DNA of 63,531 nucleotides, the filler included, from Hyphochytrium catenoides (lineage: Eukaryota > Protista > Hyphochytriomycota), in assembly GCA_900088475.1 (NCBI GenBank). It is 14 parts of 14 records of this genome, joined end to end, with 100 filler letters (N's around TTAATTAATTAA, not from the genome) between each part and the next. Parts side by side here need not be neighbours in the genome. Positions count along the whole stretch, not along the records: positions 10,680 to 15,932 come from FLMG01003854.1; positions 16,033 to 17,084 come from FLMG01000713.1; positions 17,185 to 18,756 come from FLMG01004305.1; positions 18,857 to 20,337 come from FLMG01001715.1; positions 20,438 to 25,078 come from FLMG01002983.1; 9 more parts are not named here. One strand, given 5' to 3'. The translations under genes were made by a program, and so were the position numbers. The notes beneath the pieces are model-generated. The model was given only the letters and a program-made list of their open reading frames with translations. It was not told the origin of the DNA and did no database searches. Below, piece after piece: positions 12,362 through 22,226 of the stretch (position 1 is the first letter of the stretch; the number at the start of each line of letters is the position of its first letter).

Positions 12362-13382
12362 AGAAAAAGAGAGAGGAGAAAAAGAGAGCAATGACTAACA
12401 GTTCGTTGCCGGTGGCATGATCCTTGACCAAAAGAGCAAGAGCCTCTCCTGCCTGGTAGCCTGCCGTGACTCTCCTCTGCTCCTCTTCCTGGTGTTTGCC
12501 CAGGGTCGCCAAGGCTTGTAAAGTGAATGCAAAGCTGTAGGGGAGAGAATAGAAAAGGGAGAGGAGCCAGGTCCAGGGTCATTAAAGGCTAAGTGAGAGA
12601 GGTTTCCTTACAAAGCAAGGCATGCCTGGAGAGAACGAATAGAGATCAGGCGGGGAAGAGAGAGAAGAAGAGACTCAGCGGGAGAAAGTCTAGGAAGAAA
12701 AGGTGGTAGAATCGAGAAGATACAAAGCAGACGAGAGGGATCTGAGACATGATGACCCCATTAGGGGCCGAGGCAAGAGAGAAAGAGAGAAAAACGATAT
12801 CAATAACACCATAAGAGAACGCAGAGAAGAGAGAGAGAGAACTGGAGGAGAGCGACTTACTGGTCTCTTGGGTTGTCCTCTAACCCGTCAGGACTTCCCG
12901 GGCCAGAGTTTCCTCCCTCTCCTGCTCTACCAGAAGGATCAGAGCTATCCGGCTCTCTTTGGCCCTCTCCGTTCCTCTCGTCTTCCTCTTTCTTCTTCTC
13001 TCGCGGGCTCTCTACGAGCATGACCTAGCAGAAGAGAGATTAGAAAGGGAGGGATGGAGAGACAAAGAGGCGGAGATAAGAAGCCATTGATGATCATTTA
13101 GCTTGAGACAGAAAGGATATAACACGAAGAAAAAAACATGAGGTGCTTAAAGCCTCTCTCTCTCTCTCTCTTTCTCCGTCTCTCTATCTCCAAGATTTTC
13201 GATACTCTCTCTCTCAGCTTGTGCCACTTCGTCCTTAGGCGAACGGTTTGGTGCTCACCTCTGACCGGGTGACAGTCCGTGAATGAGGCGACGAGCCTTT
13301 CTCTGTGAAGACAAACTGCAGGACGGGCNNNNNNNNNNNNNNNNNNNNNNNNNNNNNNNNNNNNNNNNNNNNNNNNNNNNNN

Positions 13383-14277
13383 ATGCAAAAGACGTTGATC
13401 TCAATGACATCAGGAAAATCTTTGCTGATACGGAAGAGATGCACACCTTCAGAAGAGAGAGAGGGAAGAGAGAGAGAGAGTCAGAGGGTTTCGAAAGAAG
13501 AGGAAGAACCACAAAGCGTATTGGAAAGAAAGAGGAGGAGTGATTGTGTTATGTTTCATAGACGAGAGAACGACAACAACTAAACGACAAACAAAGGTGT
13601 GTGTGTGAGAGAGGAAGAAGGGGTGGCAGGAAAAGAGAGAGAGACAGACAGACAGACAGAAAAAGAGAAGGGAGAGAGAGAGAGAAAGAGAGAGAGAGCG
13701 AGTGTGAGAGAGGAGAGCAAGAACGGTTAACATGAGGAGAGAGAGAAAGAGAGAGGAGGAAGAGACTTGCGGTCAGAGCGAAAGGAGACGGAACGCAAAG
13801 AAGCAGAGGCCGCACCGCAAGCTCTGCAGAAGAAGTGAGTGTCTCTCTCTCCGTTAGTTCTGTACTCCGAGAGAAAGTCGTGCCCCACACAGCTCTGGAA
13901 TTGCTTGATAGGGATAACCTGTTGACAAAGAGTGAGCCATACAATCTTTGCCTGTTCACTTTCTCTGTCTCTCTCTTTCTGTTTTGCTTCTCTGCCTCTC
14001 TCTGTCTCTCTCCCTCCCCTTCCCCCCTTTCTTTCTGTGTCCTTTTTGCATCTTCTTTCATCTGTTCTCTCCTGGCGAGGCTCACCGTATGAGGGTAGCG
14101 TCCTTTCCTCGTACAGAGTTTGCAGTTGCAGTCAACAGCCTGGATGAGAGGCTGGCACTGGAATGTCATGCTGTCGAGAGAGAGACAGAAGCCGGTCAGG
14201 AAATATAAATAGGTCCTCTCCAATCTTCTTCCCTCCAACCCGCACCCTCCACCACCACCCCCCTTCTCTCTCTCTCT

Positions 14278-14331
<54 letters not shown>

Positions 14332-14669
14332 TCCCACACACACAAACACTCGCTCTGTCAACCACGAACTTTTCTTTTCGACCGATGGCCCCTTGCGCCA
14401 TTCTTGACATTCTTGTTTACTATTTCTCTATCGCCTCCTTCGGTGCTTTGTAATTTACTAGCGGCTTGTTGGTCTGCTCTCGTTTTCCCTTTGTCGCTCT
14501 CTCTCTCTCTCTCTCTCTTTTCTTTTTTCTCTTCTCTCTCTCTCTCTTCACGATGCGCCTTCATCGTAACTTTCCCTCTTGAATACCTGATGGCTCCACA
14601 GTCGCAAGCAGCTGTGTGCTCGACTGTCTGTCCTAGTCCATATCTAACTCTGCTCAGGGGATTTATCAC

Positions 14670-14703
<34 letters not shown>

Positions 14704-15135
14704 GAGCACAAAAATGGTTGAGAAAGAGTGGCAAACGCAAATTATAAGGCGAAACCTGTTGCACCAGGCCTATAGCAGAAAGAGGAGATAGGAGCAAGAT
14801 AGTGGATCTTCTATCCAGCCTCTCCTACTCTCTCCCTTTGATCTCTTCTCCTCACTTCTCTCTTTAATTACCCTTCTCTTTCTCTCTCTCTCTCTCTCTC
14901 TCCTCTGTCTCTTCTTCTCTCCCTCTCTTTCTCCTACCTGAAGAAGGCCTCAGCACAGGAGGAGCTGTCTAAGCCAGAGAGCGGACGTCTTGGAAGTCCT
15001 CGACGAGGTGAACCCCGGGCTGCTCTCTTCTTAGCTTTCCTATAGCGACGGACCAGCGACCGGAGCTGAAGTGAAGGGACAGAGACGGAGAAAGAGGGAG
15101 AGCGACAGAAGAAGAGAGTGTATGGCAGAATGGAA

Positions 15136-15172
<37 letters not shown>

Positions 15173-15464
15173 AGAAGTGTGATCTATCGGTTAGGGCGAT
15201 AATAGATAGATAGATCCGGGGGGAGAATAGTACAGAGAAGGAGAAGAAAAGCTAATGGCGTATGTTCCTAGAGGAAAAGAGGAGACAGAGGCAGAGATGG
15301 AGCGGTGTAGAGAGAGAGAGGAAAGGGAGAGAGAGACAGGGAGAGGGAGAGAGAGAGAGAAAGGAATGAGTGAGGCGTACCGCGATAAGAACAGCTATGG
15401 CGGACAAGGTTGTAAGAGCTCCCACCGCCCTGTCCGCTACTCTGGTGATGGCCTGCGGAGACAT
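13383..15464 (-). CDS. GFA/CENP-V (Mss4-like Zn-binding) domain protein with N-terminal transmembrane helix. Further 3' exons probably continue toward ~11640.
   Basis: Phase-consistent exons: MSPQAITRVADRAVGALTTLSAIAVLIA|LRSLVRRYRKAKK...|VEHTAACDCGAIS|MTFQCQPLIQAVDCNCKLCTRKGRYPHT|VIPIKQF...THFFCRACG|VHLFRISKDFPDVIEINVFC. This gives CxC...CxCxxC...FCxxCG, the GFA signature. Confidence 0.8.
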
Positions 15465-15878
15465 GGCGGAGGGCTCGAACGCTCAGAGGCAGCGAGAGAG
15501 ACAGAGACAGAGACAGAATATCCCAGCGTCTCCGCCTTCCTCTCTTAGACCCTCGGCTGCTTGGCTGCCTATTTTACTTAGGAGGAATAGAAATGGGCTA
15601 GGGCGGCCAAGAGAGACTGTCCCAGGAGACTTCCAGCAGACACAGGAGAGAGAAAGAGCGAGAAAGAGAGGGAGAGGTTTTTCAGATAAGAGGTGGTGCT
15701 GCCCCTACAAGGGCGATCGAGGATCGGGTTCTTACTAGCGCGTGTTCGGTGTCCTCTTGGAAAGAGAATTGTGGAAGTGGCGCGCATGGGAGACGTTAAG
15801 TGAAAGACAAACAATGACTGTACAAGCGGCACGAAGATAGAGAGAAAGAAGCCAGAAGCGTCGGAGAGAAGAGGACGA

Positions 15879-15920
<42 letters not shown>

Positions 15921-16256
15921 AGATGAAGAAAGNNNNNNNNNNNNNNNNNNNNNNNNNNNNNNNNNNNNNNNNNNNNTTAATTAATTAANNNNNNNNNNNN
16001 NNNNNNNNNNNNNNNNNNNNNNNNNNNNNNNNAGAGAGAGAGAGAGAGAGAGAGGAAGAAAGAAAGGAAAAAAGGGAAAGCAGAAAAGGTAGCGAAATCG
16101 GGACAAGGAAGAGAGTAAACGAGAAGATGCGGGAGTGAAGCTGATGACGCAAAGACGAGAAGAGAGAGAGAGGAAGAGAAACACAAGAGAGAGAGAGAGA
16201 CTATGGTAGAGAGACAGTGCGAGGAAGAGAAAGGACGATTACACTCCGCGGCCAAC

Positions 16257-16870
16257 CTGTGAGATGATAAACATGGCGACAAGCCTGACTCTGTCTTCCT
16301 CTGTGAGCTTGCTGTTTCTCATTAGTCTCTCTATCTCCTTGGAGAGAGAGGAACTCTTCACGCTGCGGCCCGCCTCATCGCACCCTGTGCCCATCAACTG
16401 CTCCAGGAGAGACACATTCTAGGAGCACCAAGAGAGAGTGGAAAGAGAAAGATCGTTATTGCCGTCTTCCACGGTCATTACCTTCTCTCTCCCCCTCTTT
16501 CTGTCTTTCTCTCAAATTTTCTCTTCCTCTCTCTATCTTTAAGCCCCTCGCCCTCTCACCTCGGCCAATTGTTCATTTTTCTCTCCCTATGTCTCTCGCT
16601 TGCGGCGGCTATTTGGTTCTACCTAAAGGAAGCCCTCTCTCTCTCTCTCTCTCTCTCTCTTTCCTTCCCCCACTTATGTCTCCTCTTCTCTCTCCTCTGC
16701 CTCATCTCTTCATCTTCACTCTGCCTCTCTTACCAGTAGGTCTCTCTTGTGCAGATGGTTCATGCAGTCTCCCGCGACGCTCATGTGCATGGCCAGCTTA
16801 CTCAATGTCTCTCTGTACTCAGGCAACTCCTTCAGAGCTGCTGCCATCTGAGAAATGTCCTTGATTTGAC
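16257..16870 (-). CDS. Sec1/Munc18 (SM) family protein, two internal exons (16734-16870, 16257-16418)
   Basis: IKDISQMAAALKELPEYRETLSKLAMHMSVAGDCM...DLL|NVSLLEQLMGTGCDEAG...EDRVRLVAMFII matches SM domain 3a; phase-0 GT-AG join. Confidence 0.85.
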
Positions 16871-17639
16871 CTAATAGAAAGGGATAGGGGAAAGAGAGAG
16901 AGAAAGTGAGAGAGAGAGAGAAAGAGAAAGAGAGAATAAATGGCGGAAGAGAGAAAGAGGTATCCATAGGACCATGAGATGAGAAGTACAAAGAGGAAAT
17001 AGAGAGAGGCGAAGAGCGAGTGACAATGAGAAGAAGTCATGGGGAGACAATAAAGTGGGAGACCAAAGAGAGAGAGAGAGAGAGNNNNNNNNNNNNNNNN
17101 NNNNNNNNNNNNNNNNNNNNNNNNNNNNTTAATTAATTAANNNNNNNNNNNNNNNNNNNNNNNNNNNNNNNNNNNNNNNNNNNNTTGCTCCCTTCAGATA
17201 ACCGTCCAGCTGAAGTGGTGAACGATCAGCATTCAGGAGGCAAGCCAGAGCCGGTCCACGGACATGCCATGCCACTCCCACAACGTAGCGTGCTTCCTCG
17301 TTGTCGTCCTTTAGTTGCACACCTACTCTGGACTGGGTCCCAACCTATCCTCTTCCCTTTCTTGGACTCAGCACCTCGCGTCCCACGGAGATAGTTATAG
17401 TGAAGAAGGAGGAGGCGGACGGAGTTATAGATATCTTGTCACTCTCTCTTGTAGATCTCCTCTCGGGGCAGCTGGCGGCACCAGCGAGATAGTGGCCTGA
17501 CTTATAGGCCAAGTGTAGCGCTAACGGCAGTTGCCCTCGGCTACCTATAGGACAGGTAGGGACTCATGATAGTGAACCTCACTCTCTAGACATAGACAGG
17601 AGTCTCGCTGGCTTGGTAAAGAAAGGTCTAGAGTGGCCA

Positions 17640-18277
17640 TCAAGAGCGGAATGCCAAATGATCGTCCGCTACTCTCCGCAGGGTATCTCTCACTTGATTC
17701 CGCCAATGCTCTGAGGGAGAGTCAGAAGTTTGAGATTGTCAGGGATGAGTATCACTAGTTTGTATGACCTGTTCGGCTTACCAGCTTCGTGGATGGCCTC
17801 CTGAAGCTTGGTATGCGCCGTCTCAGACTCCTTCTGGAGCCCAGCAAGCTCATGTAACTGATCGCTGCAGGCGAGGCTTAGCTTACGGCGAGTTTACGAG
17901 CAACTGATACTGCTTATAACTTACGATTCTGACTTCGAGATGCCTGGAAGCTGATCTATCAACTTATCGATAGTCTTGGAGGTCTGGATGACGTCATTTG
18001 CCAGCTTTTTTATCTGCAGAGTAACATGGATGGTCAACAGCACGCATTCGGTCTTGCGGCCTCTTTATGGTCTTACCTTCTCTGCACGTTCTTCGTTTCC
18101 ATTTTCTGCTTCATTCACCGGCAGAAGTCTCAGACCATCAAACATGCTCAATGCTAGCTTGTCTACCAAGTCCTGCAGCTGGGTAACTTTGTCGAGGTGC
18201 TGGACTTGATTTGTTTCTTCCACCTTGCTTTCTGCTTCCTTTGCGCTCTGTTCCGTTGAAGGGTCGCTGGGCTCCAT
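17640..18277 (-). CDS. MED21: Mediator subunit 21 (Srb7); exons 18077-18277, 17925-18013, 17782-17864, 17640-17710
   Basis: DKVTQLQDLVDKLA...LANDVIQTSKTIDKLIDQLPG...QLHELAGLQKESETAHTKLQEAIHEAEHWRNQVRDTLRRVA. Three short GTAAG..CAG introns (63, 60, 71 bp) give a complete ORF. Confidence 0.88.
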
Positions 18278-18856
18278 CTATCCTACCTTCAGTGGGCCAA
18301 GCTCGATATCTGGTCTTCACGGTCTCATGCTGAGTTCCAGGGATGGGGAAGCAAAGATGTGCAAGAAAGATTCAGCTCCCCTCTCTCAGTACACTTCGGG
18401 ATTGCCCGATCTTCAAGCCTCCGATGTCAGAGGTTTCGGTCTCCAGGCTTCTTAGCAAGGTTAGTATGAACTCTACCAGCGCCTGCGAGCACCTAGTATA
18501 GAAGCCCTCGTGGAGTGGTCACAAGCGAATGGTGGTTGGCATGCTTCTTCTATGTACAGGCTCTAACCTGCTTGAAGTGAGCCATGATCAGAGCTCCAGA
18601 TCTCCAGATCTGTCAAGTTCTTGGAGCTGTTTGTCGCTTGTCTTCATCAGCATGTCTCCCAACATACAAACCACAGAAGCGAAAAATCAATAAGAGATCA
18701 TTTCTATGGGGTCATTTATGATTACCTCCGGATAGATTTTTTCAGAACAGTTCTGTNNNNNNNNNNNNNNNNNNNNNNNNNNNNNNNNNNNNNNNNNNNN
18801 TTAATTAATTAANNNNNNNNNNNNNNNNNNNNNNNNNNNNNNNNNNNNNNNNNNNN

Positions 18857-20337
18857 AACTGTGAGCCTTTTAGAGCTCTTGTCAGCTTCTGCTCTCAACA
18901 GGTCTTTAGGGTCAAGTTACAGAGCGACGGTTCCGCGACAAGTAGAACTACAAGAGTCGTCTGGTCGCTCTTGGCAATCGACAAAAGCAAGGTATTGGCA
19001 CTGGAGAGGTCTTTGCCCCAGTCATTGGACACGACACTGTGCGCTGTCTTCTCTCTCTGCCACGCTGGATCTAGAAGTGCACCATGTCGATATCAAGACC
19101 GCCCCCATTTTGGGGGTATTGGATAGGGCCTAAACCCTATTAAGCCTAACATTGACCCATTGGAAAAGAGCCGAGTTTTCTGGTACGGACGGCCTCCTAG
19201 ACCTCCTACAACGCTACGGGATGGAAGAATTGTAACCCAGTCAGTACGCCCGTTGCTCCTGGTGACAAGTTGCCCAAGGCAGTCTTATGCAAATGGTAGC
19301 CCTCCAGCCCGGATATGGCCTTTGCAGTAAAAGCAATTAGCCAGCATATGACCACCTACAGGCAGATACACTGGGCTGCAGTTAGGCGAATTCTGAGATA
19401 TCTGAAAAGGACTGCCAACTACTTACGTCTAGGAGGAACATCAACCCCCAGACAACAATCAGAGTCGAACACTACAACTCTTCACAGATGCAGATTGGGC
19501 GAATGATCTACGACAGGAAATCCATCTCTGGCTATTTTCTTACTCTAGGGACCGGTGCGTTCAGTCGGAAGGCTAAGAAGCAAGACATAGTGGGCTCTTC
19601 AACCACTGAGGCAGAGTGTATCTCACTTTCGACCGGAGCCAAACATGCAGAAAACATCTCTTACTTCTTACAGGAGCTTCAGTGTCCACTAATAAGTAGA
19701 CCAATCCTCGCACATCAAGATCACAATGTTGAGTGCTACCAATGTTCGTTGTCAGTAGTACAGTAGTCACTCTCTATACACACCTAGCTCTCAGGGACAT
19801 AGACGTTACGGGTACACCTGTGTTATGAGAAAGAGGGATGTGAGAAGAATTTCCAGAAGAACACAGGAACAGCAGAAGAGAGAGAGATGATGAGGCAAGC
19901 TGGGCCCAGTAAAGATCTCGAGACCAGACTCTCAGGACTCAGCAATCATTCAGAGAAATCTCAAGCATAAAGCAATACCCAGTCCCTTTGTTATCGTTTC
20001 ATCTAGATTTGCTCATACAGAAGCTTCAGGCATTGCCACCCAGCTCTGTAAAGTTCATCACACAAGAGCACAATAACCGACTTTCTTATTACGAAGGCGT
20101 TACCTGCAACTCAGCTCCGAGAATCTCTTCCATACCTCGGGATTGTCCCCTCCACTTGCGTAAGACAAAGTCTACCTTCGGGAGAGGACACTCGAGGAGT
20201 ATGGACCTGCGGGGAGGAGTCAAGAGCCGAAGCTGACAAAGCTCTGAAAAAGCTCTCAGTTTCAGACTCCACGTCACAAGAGGGAGATGTTATAATGTAT
20301 GGGATTTGAAGACACTCTTATTTAGGTTATGTGTTCT
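18857..20337 (+). mobile_element. Degenerate Ty1/copia retrotransposon 3' portion (RT, RNase H, PPT, probable start of 3' LTR at ~20288)
   Basis: Frameshifted HVDIKTA, PDMAFAVKAISQHM..HWAAVRRILRYLK, DRKSISGYF..KKQDIVGSSTTEAE. Purine tract AAGAGGGAGA is followed by TGTT. Confidence 0.85.
19727..20060. mobile_element. Solo LTR (334 bp) inserted in copia RNase H
   Basis: TGTTGA...TCATCA termini flanked by 5-bp TSD CACAA (19722-19726 and 20061-20065). Removing it restores the sequence seen in the paralogous element at ~22500-22535. Confidence 0.8.
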
Positions 20338-20437
20338 NNNNNNNNNNNNNNNNNNNNNNNNNNNNNNNNNNNNNNNNNNNNTTAATTAATTAANNNNNNN
20401 NNNNNNNNNNNNNNNNNNNNNNNNNNNNNNNNNNNNN

Positions 20438-20750
20438 GCTTCCATTGTTGACGACGCTCTGAGAGATTGTTTCTTTGACTTCCATGCAAGAGCACCGCCG
20501 TTGATGAGGCTCAAGAAATAGCCGGCGGTGATAGACTTCTTGCGGTCAGCTGGGTCACTAGCCCAATCAGCATCAGCCTGGACAGAGAGTTGAATAGGGG
20601 TATCTCCCCTAGACACAAGGAGTAGTCTTGGGTGGCCTTCAGCAGGTAGGTGAAGATACGTTTGACAGCTTCCCAGTGAACGTGGCGGAAGGTAGTGACG
20701 TGTTGGCTCACAGCTTGTACCGCATAAGCGATATCAGGCCGCGTGCACAC
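20438..20750 (-). mobile_element. Ty1/copia RT-RNase H fragment
   Basis: CTRPDIAYAVQAVSQH..HWEAVKRI; ADADWASDPADRKKSITAGYF..WKSKKQSL..SSTME. Confidence 0.85.
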
Positions 20751-20916
20751 TCTAGATTTAATGGAACTGTGATGGTCATCCGTGGTCACAGAACCGAATG
20801 GCTCAATATATTGCCCGAGTTAATCCTCGGAGCGTACACCATGTTAAAGTTGATCATTTGGTGGTGAGCACTTTGAATTAATATTGGGGGTGTCTGGATA
20901 TACCGGAGAAAGGTTT

Positions 20917-20991
20917 TGTAGTTCCGGGATTCGAACCCAGGACTTCTGTTGTCTTTGATGCCGACACACTAACCAGTATGCACCATTCACC
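20917..20991 (-). other. tRNA-derived sequence (SINE head or tRNA pseudogene)
   Basis: A-box-like TGGTGCATACTGG and an intact T-arm/B-box CTGGG-TTCGAAT-CCCGG, but no pairing acceptor or anticodon stem. Confidence 0.5.
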
Positions 20992-20994
20992 AAA

Positions 20995-22226
20995 CTGTAA
21001 AGAATCTCGGTTTCGATTATATACTAGGGGTTTTCCCCTCTGCGTCGTCCGCTGTACACTCTTTGGTTTCAGCGTCGATCACAGTTCAACACCCTCATAT
21101 CAAGGTATCGCTCAAGCCATCCAAGTGCGTGGAACAGGGAAACTATGTGCAAGTGCCATAGATGATATTCTTATCGGAGAGCAACACCGAAGACGTGCTA
21201 TGCGCACTACCAACAAGAGTGATGAAGAAGAAGAAGAAGGCTTTGCAGCATACACTCTACATCAACAAACGATAAAGGAACCTCATCATCACCGTCATCA
21301 CGAGACCAAGAACAAGGCTCATCCAGGGTCATCATCGTCATCAAACAGTAAAGTTCGCGAGCAATGGCCGGAGTGCCCATTTTGCGGAAGTCGCAGCCAT
21401 CCTTCGGAGAAATGCTGGGAACTCGAGCAGAACGCTCGTCACAGACCGTCTTTCTGGAATCACGCTCTAAGAGGAAACTGTCAAAGCTTTGAAGAGAATA
21501 ATTGATATATCTTCATCAAAGAAGAAGACTTCTTATCGTGAAGCAGTAGTAAAGTCAATACTGAGAAGAACTGAAGAACACAACCAGCTCATCACTAAGG
21601 AAGCATTTCAACAACCAACTAAAGTATCTCTTTCCGAAGAGGAAGCACGGACAGGAGTCAACCAACGTCAAGGTTCCAAGGATCCAAATGAAGGTCAATT
21701 TGTCATTAGACAGGCCTCGAATCAAGAAAGGCTTGACGCTGATAACAATATTCTCCACTCTTTCTACCTAGCGCTGAAGCAATCAGACAATGTGGAATTC
21801 TCTGGAATCTCGACCTGTTTATCAAAGGCGTTAAGGAAAACATCTCGCCAACCTCGCTGTTCATCGTACATCGAGAAATGTGTGCAATGGAAACCCAAGA
21901 ACCAAGTAATCTCTTTCTAGCGGGTCTACCGCATGCGGGGAGGTGTTGAATGTTCAGCTTCGACCCTTCACAATAGGGAGTTCGAGCTGCGGGGAGGTGT
22001 TGGAGTCTGAGGGCACAGCTATGTGGACTACAAGCTGGCAAGCTTAACTACCCAAGTTTCAGCTCCAAACTCCCAGTAGTAGCCGAGATATAAAGCAAAC
22101 GAAATGTCCCTGTGTATATCTATGGCTTATGGTCAGTACCCCGAAATATCTTCAAGACTGATTGTTCTAGACAGGGATTTCTCTATGACTGAATATCTTA
22201 GGGTTTATTTGGAATAGTTGGCATAT
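20995..22226 (+). mobile_element. Internally deleted copia-like element: Gag zinc knuckle, remnant RNase H end, PPT, probable LTR
   Basis: CPFCGSRSHPSEKCW (CX2CX4HX4C); a DLxxKAL-like remnant near 21810-21835; GCGGGGAGG-TGTTG occurs twice (TG at 21944 and 21998). Confidence 0.55.
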
